Below, piece by piece: positions 1 to 12,955 of a stretch of 64,000 nucleotides of DNA; the stretch's first letter is position 1; each line of letters begins with the position of its first letter. The stretch lies in NCBI GenBank assembly GCA_040954595.2, contig CM082585.2:8753649-8817648 (forward strand). Direction: 5' to 3'. Both the position numbers and the translations under genes were made by a program. The stretch is from Balanoglossus misakiensis. Its lineage: Eukaryota > Animalia > Hemichordata. The notes under the pieces are model-generated. The model saw nothing but the letters and a program-made list of their open reading frames with translations, was not told the origin of the DNA and made no database searches.

Positions 1-1313
1 ATTTCATGGAAATTCCTCAGAAATTTCAATATTGGCCTCCTTGATGATCTTCTCTTGTGCATGCCCATCCATGCAGCCACAAGTGCACAGTCACGCATAC
101 GTTGGCAAAAACGCTCCGAGGTCGGCATTTGGGCATATTTTTTTAATATCAAGTCAAGGACATGATTAATATGTGGTATTCACCTGTTAAACATAACATT
201 AGCAGCCGGTAAATCATGTATGGTGGGTGTGACTGTTAGAGGGTCACATGCAAAATTGAAAGCGAGCACTGAACAAGCTCTCGGATGATTTGATATTTCA
301 GGAAGTGTTGCACGAAAAGGCAGACAGGTATAATAATATAATGTGATCATGAATGAAGAAAAAAGCAAGAAAATTACTCTGATAACAGTTTGGAGCCATG
401 CATACAAAGACACAGAGATATTGCTCGAGTTTTCTGCTTTGAGAGCTAATTTAGCAATTTTTCCATTCTTGAAGCAAATTCAATCACGCTCGGAGCGATG
501 CACACAAGAGCTGACCGTTCAATGATTGATGCACGGCTGCAAATTATCTCTGTATATGAATAATCAGCCTTTGCATCAGTAGTTAATTGACATTGGAGTA
601 AACGGCTTTATTCAATTTGCCAAATTGTGCACAGCCTGGACAGTCGTGTTCTCGGAAGACTCGACAATAAAAAAACACTGCTAATTAGACCACCAGATAC
701 GTATTTGCATATTTAATTGGGTTCACAGTATTAGCCGAGGCGGCAACCACAGACTGTGGTTAGCTGCATATGTGCTCCTCATAGCTCGTTAAATATGAAT
801 AGAATTAGCATAATTTGTTAATTTTATGTCCACCTGGTGTCAGGACTTTGATGGGTTAGCTTGTAAAAATTCATAACCCGCCATGATAAATGATGGCAGC
901 TTTCTGAGGGATCGTCTCAATCCACTAACAAAGCTCTCTTCACCACTTTCGAATGTATTCTTATACAGATTATTTTGTGTGAAAAAAATGTACTTTGATG
1001 TTGTACATAATATCAGATGTGATGATAATATTTTCGTTTGTTAAACACCACAGCAAAAGTACACTAGAAAGAGTGTATATATCATTTGCGTGTATATGTG
1101 TGTGTGCTTATTGTGGATACCATATCAAGTGTGAATTGAAACCTTATATGTGTACTTGTCGCTTTGCTCTGACCCACAGCTCTCAGAAAACTAAGGCAAT
1201 ATTGGCGTTGACCTGATAAGAAGTACTGCCCTCGCTGCCTCGGGTCATCGACGTGCATCATCATATATGTGTGCATGCATCCCTGAACGTGAGTACGCTT
1301 TCCTATGTCAACG

Positions 1314-1406
1314 TTAACCCTTTCACCGCCATGGTGTGGTCCAACTCTGTTGTTTTCAATGGCAGCGTTGGACCTTTATACTGGGAAATGGGGGTGAAAG
1401 GGTTAA
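1314..1406. mobile_element. 85-bp piggyBac-like MITE (family A), full copy
   Basis: TTAA|CCCTTTCACC ... GGTGAAAGGG|TTAA: terminal inverted repeats with TTAA on both sides. Confidence 0.8.
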
Positions 1407-1527
1407 TAAGCCTGACTATGGTGTTCTACATTGTAGTACCATGTGTGGCCTGCGAGCTAACATGATTTGTATTATCTCGCATTTTCCCCATTAATGCAGG
1501 AGCTATTTTCTACATTACTTTTTAGGC

Positions 1528-1659
1528 CAGTGTTCTCGCAGGAAAATTAAAAGTATAGTGGCCATTAATTAATTTTGGATAAACAATAGAAATCATTAAC
1601 ATGACATTTGTTATCCAAATTGGCCACTACGCTATTTTAAATTTCCTGGGAGAACATTG
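1528..1659. mobile_element. 132-bp MITE with about 37-bp imperfect TIRs starting CAGTG and a 5-bp flanking direct repeat (TAGGC)
   Basis: Left end cagtgttctcgcaggaaaattaaaagtatagtggcca; right end tggccactacgctattttaaatttcctgggagaacattg; taggc at 1523-1527 and 1660-1664. Confidence 0.75.
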
Positions 1660-2029
1660 TAGGCTTATGCTCAAATAACTTCTATGATTCTAAACATGGG
1701 CTCAGAAGTTGCCAGAATCATGTTTATTAGGTCCAGCTTTTACTGAAGAAAAATACGGAGGATTTGGATCTAACCAGGTACATTTGTAAGGGGCACACTT
1801 GTATAGGCATAGATTCTTTCTTTGTTGGCAACACAGTATTGCACGCATCCATGTAACTATATCCCATGTTGCGAAATGAAATAAACAGTAATTTGAAAAT
1901 CGTCAGATTCCCTTTTATATTATAGACATTCAAAATGTACGTTATGTGATCTGAGCTCAGACGCATGCGACTATCTATCAATGACATATTGTGTAAATTA
2001 TTCAAGTTGCCGGGGAACAGTGATAAAGC

Positions 2030-2350
2030 CTTCTTCCGCCCACCAACACCCCCAGACTCCCCCGTGTGTAACTGTAACCGGTCCTGTGAGATGGACAAGG
2101 TATTATGCAGGTGAATACGATGAGGTTTGAGAAGTGGGTTGAACTGGAGTAGTTGAACGATCGGGCAAGCTGTGTTTGTAGAATGTCTTCTCACAAGACA
2201 GAGGGTAGCTGGAATTTTTGTGATCTGTCTAGAAACTTGTGCAGTGTGTGAATCGCTTTGTCAGTGTCGATCAACTACAGTCTACTTCAGAACAAGGAAT
2301 TGTCATCGATAAAAACATCAAAAATCAAAAAGAAAATCATCAGAAGACAG
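2030..2350 (+). other. Possible non-coding 5' exon of FNDC3 (alternative first exon)
   Basis: GC-box-like ttccgcccacc near 2034, then a segment ending in CAG|GTACTG at 2350. In-frame stop relative to the 24633 exon, so non-coding if real. The start boundary is a guess. Confidence 0.3.
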
Positions 2351-5300
2351 GTACTGCCCCTGTTTTCGCGTGATTGGTGGGATTCTTCATGATGTCATAG
2401 GTCATCATGAGGTCAGAGTTCAAAGGCTGAGTAATCTAATAACTCAAATGATTTGTGTCATTTTGTCATGGCGTGGCACAAGCCTCTCATATTCAATATC
2501 AAAAAATAGAAGAAATATGTCATTTTAGTTTCTGTATAAATAAAGACTAAAACAAAAACTGAGCAATTGTGATGACAAGCAGATGAGATGAAGTCTGGCA
2601 GATCCTGACCAGCTCTTATAATCTGACTTGATATGCCAGACAGGTACGAAGGAAGTGTAGATACCACGATATAGTGTATGAGTCACCGCGGTGACGGTTC
2701 ATTGTAATTGATGGATGCCGGGCCCGGGTCTGCTAATTGAAATTACCCTCGGTGTCGTTCCCTTGATTTGAATACATAAGGAAATCAAATGTGTTGGCGT
2801 AATTTTTCCCCCCTCTCGTATTCCCACTGACTTGGGGGTAGTTTTTGCCGTAGTCAGCAGCCTTATTTAGAAACGGGATGCTGTTTACTGGTGTTTTATT
2901 TGATGCAGGATTTGATCATTTCAATTTTTGCAAAGTAGCCCAGTCCGCAAATGTCCAGATGCAGTGTTTCACCTGTGGCTTTTGAAGTAGCTGCCAAAGG
3001 ATACATTTTTCCTCAACATGTAAAACTACACCGACTGAACCATTTTGCTGTGGTGTAAGTTGGGTCTTTCTAAGACTTCACAAAGACAGGCCTTCCCCAA
3101 TGAGACTTTTTCACTCTCAGCATATTTTTCTGAACTAGTTTCCAGTACAGGTTTATCTCCTTGATCCAGTTACACGGCAACTGTGTGTCGGCTTGTCGTC
3201 AATTGATGCCCGAATTCCAAATCACCAGTCAGAAAACCGCAGATTCTAAACATGCTTCATGATATCAACATAATCATTGAGGAACGACAGCAAGTTGCTG
3301 GACTGTGACTTCAAGAATTTGCCTTGCGAAGCAGCGAGAGCAGTCATCTCCCCCCCCCCCTTCCCTTTGGCCAGCCAAGCTTTTAAGTCGACTACACCGC
3401 TAAAACCGTGCCCTGTTTCACATCACAGGGCCAGCGGGTAAGACCAGGAATCTTGTAGCGGACTATAGCAATGCATACCAGTCATTCTCAGGCCTCGCTC
3501 TTTGATAGCACGGATACATGTAAAACAGCGCACCATGAATGACATTTTACAGATATTTCACACATTCTTAAACTAACGACATTATTGAGTGTTTCATGTG
3601 ACCAGGCTAAGTCGCTGCATATCCCCAACTGTTTTTTTTTAATATATATATAAAAGACATTCTGACATTTCCTTCTCATTGTCTGTCTGTGCGTGTGTGT
3701 GTTATCAAGGCCCGGTGATTCACCGTCACTCTCATCAATTCCAGCCCCGCTATATACTCTCCGCTGTACTCATGACGCGTGCATGGCCCCGAGATATGTC
3801 TATTACCTTTCCGGTATCTGTTACCGCTCCTGACAGGCCGTCGATTCAACCCAGCACTTGTGGACACGCAACCGTAGATGTCTGCAACTCCAGTAGCTTG
3901 GCTAATGGGGTGTAACTCAGTAGGCCTAAGTCCTTGAGATGTGGGAGGTCACGCGCAGGTGACCAACAAAAAATGCCGCATTATGGGGAAATTTGGTTTC
4001 TGTGGAAGAAAGTCAGGTTTCTACAAATATCAGGTTTGTCCGACTTTAACTTAAGGCGAGTGCTTTTGAATCCACTAAAAGATCAGTTTAATCTTTCTTG
4101 ATCATTTGTTAAAATATGATTTGGATAGGTATTTCAACCCAAATTCCAAAAAAAAATTATACCAGGCCGAAAATTGCAATAATTTTGATTATTGATCCAG
4201 AATATATATGAATGGGATTTTGTAGGAGCTTAATTCGCCTTTTTTTTTTTTTTAATCTGATTGCACCATTTTCCTGGAACACCCATTCAGCGCGGAGTCC
4301 AATAATGTAGATTTATTCTGAGGTCATGACCTTTTTACTCTCCGCATCACATGGTGTGGTCATGTTTGCAGAGTGATTCTGGCGAATGTCTAACCACGCA
4401 TTTTGAAAAAAACTGAAAATTTTCTAGGTTCAGAACGTGATATACCATCTCATCTGCATCATGCATAATGGATGTCTAAAAAACTAGATGCAATTTATTA
4501 ATTTTGAGGATGATTCCTCCTCTCTGACGATAATCTCAAATATCGAGATGCACCGAAATTTATGCCCCCAGGGCTGTTACACTTCACAGCCCAAATGCAC
4601 TCAGCCTAAGAGATAAATGGATTTCCTGTGTGCTGTGTCATCATAAAATTTACATTTAACAGAATTTTTGCAATATTGATGTACCAGCACAAAAAATATG
4701 AACAATATTAATAGAATTTCCCTATGCATCTGTTCTAAAAAGTCATGTCAGTCCGTATAGAGCTGATATGTTAATTTAAACTTTCCTTTTTGAATGCTGT
4801 ATCGGCAATATCATTTTGTTTTATTTGAGACAATTCAGTGTCTCACAGACTGTTAAAACAGGAATTCCTGTTGTTTGAGCGTGAACAGTAAATTCGTGCC
4901 AAGCTGTTCCATTGTAATTTAAAAACAGAACTAGTGACTTCCCAGCACATTTATCTGGAATAGATCTAACATCTGTGTGTCTGTGTCATGCGAAAAATGA
5001 GACATGTGATAGATACTGTTGCTTGCTTGGCTCCGCAGCTGATGGCAGCGAAAAAGAGAACGCTGTGAAATCCCTGATGAGTATAAGCCAGTGCCACTCA
5101 ACAAGTGGGCAGCTCTAATACAGTCTGCGCCTACCAGCACATCTGACTCTGTATTATTTGCACCTACTGCTGTAACCTTTCTGTTGTACAATTCTTTTCC
5201 GTATTTGTACAGTGGAGCGAAGTTCCAATATGGCCGACTCATATGCACATGTCTGCCACTGCACTACCGAGTTGAGTGATGAGTGCTATTCCGGGTGCAG

Positions 5301-5420
5301 TGCCAGTTCATTTGCATAATTTTGTCCCAGTTTTATTCACTTCGCGTCTCATTTCATGATGGATAGCTCTATGCTCCTTAAAATGAACGTAATTTAAATA
5401 TTTAATGAGGTCTGGTGAAG

Positions 5421-5567
5421 AATAATAGGGTTGTTCACATTATACAGCAATGTATGGACTCAGATTCAATACACAGGGTGTTGGACTCGCCTGTGGCCCA
5501 TCCAATACACCAAGGATGGCTTCCTCGTCCATATGTGTCTATATATTGTGAATAACCCTATATTATT
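5421..5567. mobile_element. Palindromic MITE-like element, about 145 bp
   Basis: aataatagggttgttcacattatacag versus ctatatattgtgaataaccctatattatt are imperfect inverted repeats; inner tatggac/gtccata also pair. Confidence 0.65.
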
Positions 5568-7089
5568 CAGAAAGATTGACAGCAGAATACACTGCTTATG
5601 TTAATTTGATAACAGGAAAAGAGAATTTACGTAAATACTGTAATTTTTGGATAATAAGAAATGTCTGCTGTAGGTAAGGCGCAGTATTTGAAAATTGCAC
5701 GAATGCGAAAATGGGGCTGATGAATACTAAGTATCAATTGACAGCAATAGAGGTATCTTGTTTACTAGTAGGGCAGTAGAATTGATAAACTGTCGTGGAG
5801 ATTTGCGATACCAAAAATACAAAAAGAATTGTTTGGTGGGAGTTTATGAGCTAACGACTCTGTTAATTGTGATCTGAGGATGTATGTTATCCTTGGTATG
5901 GATGATTTTTTATTGTGCTCATTCTGTTTTGCTGTGCGTATAGTAAAATTGGCCTGCCATTAAGTGGTTTTCTATAACGCCAGTGGGCGGACGCAGAATT
6001 ATGACTTCCGTCAAATCAAACCCACTCATTTTTTTCGCCCTTTGAAGTCTGACCGTGTGTCTGCTCAATGACTTTCTCCTGTCATGTGAGTAAACAAGAT
6101 GGATTTAATATCACTGATGAAACCTTACAATCTAATTGTAAATAGCTGTGATTTCATGGAACTGGTTTGTTTTTTCGTTTATTGGTAAATCGGGGTTGAA
6201 TCTTGTTGTCATCGGTATCCGGGATCATTTGGAATATGTTGTGTGTGAGAAGGAATCTCAGAGCTTGGCCCGGGCATATCCCTGAGTATGCTCCGAGCTA
6301 GTTCAAACACCAGGTGTGATAGTTCTCCTCATTTATTGGTGCAGAGAATACTATCAAGAAACGAATAATGAACATGGAATGAACATTCCGCTTATAAGTT
6401 GGAGAACAGAAACTTAAACATCGGTTGGGAAAAGTCCTTGTAATCAAAGTAATCAAAGAGTGACAAATTACAGGGAGTTCTGGGTATGAATATATGAATA
6501 ATTATGCAAATAGCAAGTCCACTCATTGCTGTATATTATGTAATCAGTCAAAATTCGTGGAGATTCCACGACAGAAGGGGGGGGGGGGCAAGCCTTTGCC
6601 AAAGTTGCCCCTGCGTTTGTAACCACTCGAGGAGTGAATCTCTGTAACATCTGTAGTTGTGCAGGGAAGGGTCAATTATTAAGTTGCCCACGTACATGGG
6701 GAACTTGTATAATTCCTGAGGGGATGGAAGATGGGAGGGAGAGGGGAAGAGAAAGGGAGATGGGGGGAAGGGAAGGGATAGAGGGAGATTGGGATTCAAT
6801 TGCCTGTTGTGTGATTAATTAATATCCGTGACCTCAAGAGGTACACAAAAACACAGCACGAATTCCCGGCTTCTGTTCAGGTCTGCGTCACTGTTAATAA
6901 GAATTCACGATTTGTTGATTCTCAGTTGGAGTTTGCTACACTCGTGTCAGCCGCCATTGTGCTGGGTGACATCTTTTAAATGAGAGCTGACCCAGATCAT
7001 CAATGAGAGTGTAAAGTGACACAATTTCTATCTCCTGTCACGGTTTTGGCCATTTTACATTTTAATTATAAGAGAAGCCATTTATGGTG

Positions 7090-7220
7090 TCATCCTCATT
7101 AAAACATGATTGCTAATCAGTGGTAGTCAGTCCTCACTCTAACCCTATTTAGGGTTAGTGCAATTCTGACTGAGTCTATGAGGATGAAATCTGATCATGC
7201 TGGCCACGGATCAGCTGTTG
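7090..7220. repeat. Nested inverted repeat whose right arm overlaps a decayed hammerhead-like core
   Basis: tcatcctcat (7090-7099)/atgaggatga (7178-7187), agtcag/ctgact and central ctaaccct-attt-agggttag (7139-7158). Confidence 0.55.
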
Positions 7221-10200
7221 AGAATCCGGATATGGTCGTGAAACTCTGTGTAGAGTCAAAGCATAGTATACCCACTGCAAGATACGGTGTTAGAAACTCA
7301 ATCTCGTTTCTGTGGTTGAAAAGAGTGTCTTGTGAGGGAGTCGAGTGATGACCATTTGCATGAACCTTGTATGACCTCACATCTTAGCTTTTTATATCCT
7401 GTAAGCCAGACTTGTCTGTTGTGGTGATTTATTAAAACCAAGAAAATCAACAATGGTACGTTCTTATTCATCTTGTGAACTGAATTGCTCTGTTTCTGAT
7501 CTCTTAAAAAATTTGTCTTAAAATATTGTACCAGTTAGGAAAAACTTGACATTGAAAGACTTTTTATGAAAATACCACGGTAGGATGTACATGTCCTTGA
7601 CATCTGGTCCGGTCGTGAAAAGAATGGTATTTTAATTGTCCAGTGCCAGTCACGGTCATACTCAGGTCACGGTGCCCTAAATGCGCACATGACTTGTAAG
7701 CTAATCAGAATGCATGAACTTCACCGCGCAGTGAGCTGACCCCCTAGCTTCTCAGAAATGGTGACCTGAACCCTTCACCTCTCTCACTGCGCGATGATTC
7801 CAGCGCTGCATTCGAAACTGCGAGGTTGAGCCGCAGTGACACAAATACAATGCACTGCGCAAAATGAAGCATAGATGCCTATTCATAATCATTGTATACA
7901 AATGGCTCATCGTCATGCTTGTTTTGCCGTTTGGCCACGCGGTTTCCTCGACGCGTTTCCGACAAATATTTCTGCCCTTCTCCCAATTTCCTGTTTGTCA
8001 CGAAAACTTCCTCCATATCTTCTAGCTTTGTGCCACTGCGATCACTTTAAAAACTGGGACAAGTTTACATTCATTAAGTACAGTGACAGTGGTCTGACAG
8101 ACCTACATACGAAGGGCGTGCAGGCATGTTTTGTAATAAAGGGAAGGTGTAGTCTTATTACATGGGTCCCAGACAGTAACAAGCAGTTTTGCATTGTGTA
8201 CATCGGCATCAGACTCGCAACATTCTCTGTTTACTACATAGTTTGCTATGAAGTCTAAACTGAATATATAAAACCAATGCTGTGTTGACCTAGTGCATGG
8301 TTTTCAGAGCAAACACGTACACTGAGACCAAACGATCATATCCTGTTTAATATCTGGATAGCAAATGAATGATGATTTGGGTTTTGAAACTATTAGATCA
8401 GAATAATGATTTTTTTTTCCATAAGTACATACAATTTTACATTACTGTCAGTACTCGTTTTTCCGCTCCCATAATTGCATTATTTGCTTTGATGCATCCA
8501 GGGCCGCGCTGAGCCAGTGAAGGAGATGGAAGGTTCGGAAAATAACGTAACGCCGTTTCTACAACAGAGAGAATTGATGACAGTAGCTGTAAGAATTCTG
8601 AATAATTGAGAAAGTGGGTGGGTGTTGGCCATGTTCGGTAGCTAGGTGTCGGCCCTTATCTCGCATGTACATCGCCCGCGCAGCATATTCAAAAGCACCT
8701 CTCTTCATCTCTCGCATCTGATGCCAGCGTTCACATCTACCCAGTATCCTGTCGTCTCTGTCTATATATAAAAAGAGAGAGAGAGTGGCTTCCGAGAAAT
8801 TGCTTTGTTTTTCCCGGCATTAAAGTTAATGACATGCTCATTTTGAGGATGAGTCACCCACATGTAAAGGCAACCCACACAGTTTCTGACACCTGTTTTT
8901 GCCAGACTCTCTCTCCCTCCCTCCTTGATGAAGTTGAAGAACACCCATGAAAACAATTGGGTGGCAAACGGGGTTTTTCATTTTGCAATACACTTTGTGA
9001 AATGTACTGAGTAATGTATATTTCACAAAATAAGACTCAACAGCTTCTTACTTAAAAAGTCCCCATGGGTAATAATCAGGGGGCGTACCACCACATGGCC
9101 TCCTGGATTTGATGAAAACAAACAGTGGTGACGTATTGTTGCGACGTATTGTTGCAGAATTAATTTTAGAAATGGGGGAAGAAAGACAGCAAATAGTTTG
9201 AAAGGGCGAGAAAATAGGTTCTAGCAGGAAATGATATTCCTCTGACAGACACGTTTGATCTTCAGACTTTCAGGGGGGTCTTCTGGGGATGATAATAATA
9301 GTTTATGCTAAAACGGGTTAAATTGAGTAATCATGGAAGTCCATTGTGATGTTTTCATACAAGAATGACTACTGTGATCCCCACTTCAATTTTGAAACTG
9401 TTGTCGAGCTGTTTGGTGGGGGGAAGGCCTTCGATTTTCTGGGAAAGTTTCACTACGTTTACGATACGCTCATGGACACGTAGGGAAGTATTTGCTTTGT
9501 TTCACATGTGCTATGTTTAGTAACTGCCGTGTTCAAATTATGCGCTGTAGAAAAGTAGAATAAGGAACATCGGTTATTATTATCATCGATTGATGCAGAC
9601 AGTGGACAATCAACATAAACCATCCTGATCACACAGCATTCTTCATCCCATTGTCACTTGCTGTCTGTGAAAGAACGATACTTTGACGCCAAGGCATTCA
9701 ACTAGGAAACTCAGCTACTTCAAAAAGAGTGAGTAGACCCTGCAACCGTTATGGCATCAGCTATGCACAAATAACATGGTTGTACTCAATACAGAGGGCA
9801 ACACAACTGATTGGCCGTAAGCTGACATGTGACTAATTCGCATAATGCTTTGAGAAAATTTTGATGGATATATTTAATATATTTTGCCAGAACGCTGGGC
9901 GTAGATCACTTCTAGGTCAGCTCACCTAGTGACATGGCACGTTCTTCAAGGTTTGCCAAATGTTAGTATATGAAGGACGTGTAGACGCGTGACAGACGAC
10001 AACAGAGACAAACGTTATACTACCTTCAAAAATGTATCAAATGATTTATTTTTCTATTCATGTGACAATGCACAATTTGTGCTGTACGGTTCCATTTCCC
10101 AGTGCCGCTCGAAATAGAAGAAAGTTACACGTCCGGTCATTCATCAAATTTTAAAGGAACATCTGTTTCAGGGGAACGAAACAATACCCAATCCTTACTG

Positions 10201-12888
10201 AACAACGGCCCTGCCAACGTTTCATCGAGGTTGCCACAGTGAAGGGATAATGTGCTCGATACCTGCAGGTATAACGGAGATATGTTTAGAAATGACTTTA
10301 CAGAGAGAGAGAGCCCCTTCGTTGTTTTGACAGATGTCGGATTTGGAAATTTTAGAAAATCCTGCAGTTTCGATGAAGCTCTACAGGCAGATACCTGAGA
10401 TTGTCGCACAGCCGTTGCAGATAGGCCTGTGTCACCTTCGCACATGACAAGGTTAGCGTGTCCCGGCACAAAACGTCTTTTGAGATCGCGAACGTTTCTT
10501 TCCTTCGTTCGTTACAATATTACAAGGCTTTTAATACGCCCCATGACCTCCGGTTGAACATTCAATCCATTTTGCGCGCATTGTAGTCGCTTTTCTAAAG
10601 CTGCTGAAGAAACGCAGAAGCTGTTGCTAAGTCGATCAATCGGGCTGTCTTTGCAGACCTTATCAGCTGCAACTCGATATACGTACAGTATCCTCATGAT
10701 TGCCCCGGCCATCCCTCGCACACACTCAGCACTTGTGAGCGTTCTTTGTTGGCTGTCTGAATCGGGCCATTATGCGCCGAATTCTTCCACGAAATCGCTC
10801 TTGAATCTGGACTGATTTTCACTGAATTGGCAGCTTAGCAATTGAACTCCTTTCCTTGTACGAGAAATTGCAGGAATGCACGTCACCTGCTTTCGATGGA
10901 TGCCTTTGAAATGCAGGCACTATCATCACTACACCATATGCACTTTCCTGAATGATTTCTTAATAATTTCGCGAGAGTTCAAAAATCTGGCAGCCCTTCA
11001 AGTGTTTTGGCCTTATTCCTGTTACTTGAAATGTGTTATGAAATTGATTACATTTTCACTACCCAGACATTCAGGGGGTTGCCAGTGATAATGCTAGTCG
11101 CACAGAAAACCATACAGCAAAACCTATCCACAGCAGACCCTAGGTAATCTGGAATATCGAAGACCTCCCCTGCCCCCATCGCTTCGGTTGCCATGGTAAT
11201 ACAAACCTACAAGCTCAATGACTATGCAAAGCAAACACAGTTCTCTCAGCCACGGCGTTGCCTAGTCTACATGTGGATGAGCTCCACTGCACAATTTCTT
11301 GCGTGGTCTCAAGTATTGTGTGTGTGTAAACATCCAAGTGTGTGCGGCTAGCTGTTCGAGTGTGTGTTTACTGTGCGTTTCAACGCTGATGAAAAATCTC
11401 CAACGCGAATATTCTTATCCTCGTCTATTCTTGTCTCCCCATACATCATCTGTAAATATGGTGCAGGTGTCTAATCTGCAAGAAGATATGAATTGTGACC
11501 GAAAAAAAAAATCATTCAAGGCGTTCTTCATTTTCATTCTTATCATATCGTAAATGCTGTCCCATCATTAACCGTGCATAATCGAGTGTACGAATCTAAT
11601 CAATTCAGGGCGTATAATGCACAGACGTGTGGGAAGGCGTTTGGTTGCCGCTGCGGAAAAAAGGCAGCCAGACTTTTCTTCGTGACAAACAGATTCCACT
11701 GTGAAAACATCACTGCAATTTATTGCGCAAGAGTAAATAAGAAGCGACTGTTATTTTAGAAGTTATGAGTAATATACGTAGACGAAGCGACGTCTGTATG
11801 CAAATTATTCCGCGAGCTACCGTATACTGACTGTGAAACGCTGCTGTCTGCATACGTGTACGTTTCGCAACAAGTGTGGACTGCAGTGCAGTGAACATAC
11901 TTAAACGTAATTATTCCAGTGCTGACATAATGACATCTCTCGTTCTGTGGCCAATACATCTCTTAAAAGCGTACCACCCAGGCTGTCTGTGAAAAGCCTG
12001 TCGAGCCCAGAGTCAAATAGCTAAGGAAACAAAACAATAGGAGAACAGAACTGTTGCATGTATTTATACGCGGGACGCACACAAGTGTGGGCTTTTTAAG
12101 TAGGGCATTCAGAAGCAGCCATTCAAATGATTGCCTGATTGCGTGTATAGGTTTCATTGAGAAACCAACTTCCCGAGTGGAAACAATTACTTTGGTTACA
12201 ATTTGCAAGTCAGTTTCGCGGCCAAATTAGCACGATCGCAGCCAGATGCACTATTTGAAGGATTTTCAGTGCTCTGTGTTGATGTTGATCAATTTCCTTC
12301 ATTTGGCAATTATTCACTCATTCTTACCGTTGTCACATGTAGAAATATTAAATATGAAATGTACACTAACCCCAACCTACATGTTATCCATACAGTCTTA
12401 CTGTATACTCAGTTTAAACCAGGGCCTTATGACCGCATCTCATGGCTGTCAGAAAAGCTGTAACAAATAACGCCATTACTGATAGTATCTCCTGTCCCTA
12501 ATGGTGTTGTTCTGAGCCAATTGCCACATTAAACTCTGGCCTTGTCCTGGCTGCGACAGGTCAGGTCACTGTACTTTATACTGCAATCATCTGTGCATTT
12601 ACCCCACTGTTAAATGCTGGCTGTCATGTTCAAGGTAATGATGTGCGTGCAGCCTACGAACAGGAACACAAAGCTATGGCATTAAAATTTGTGTTTTATT
12701 ACATATTTTCTTCTAACAGATAATTTTGTGGAATATTTAATAGGATTACTGTAGCTGAGTGGGTGACATATGGCCATCCAAATGTTTAAAGTCGCTGATA
12801 CTATCATGGCCTATCATTGGGGGAGGGGGGGGGACTCGGTAGAATCTCTTGGTTATATTGATGATAGTACATGTACATACATAAAAAT

Positions 12889-12955
12889 ATGGAAGTCCAA
12901 CTTCACCACAGAAAACCATTGATATGGACCAAACCATGGTCGTGAAAGGGTTGAA
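12889..12955. mobile_element. Family A MITE, partial, inverted orientation
   Basis: gtccaacttcaccacagaaaaccattgatatggaccaaaccatggtcgtgaaagggttgaa matches the reverse complement of the full copies. Confidence 0.65.

Noticed and set aside
742-770. aaccacag-a-ctgtggtt palindrome with partial likeness to miR-34 (tgtggttagctg)
   Set aside because: The seed TGGCAGTG is absent and there is no 60-70 nt precursor hairpin.
1727-2194. 155-aa minus-strand ORF
   Set aside because: No ATG start, motif or splice partners; overlaps a likely promoter/UTR region.
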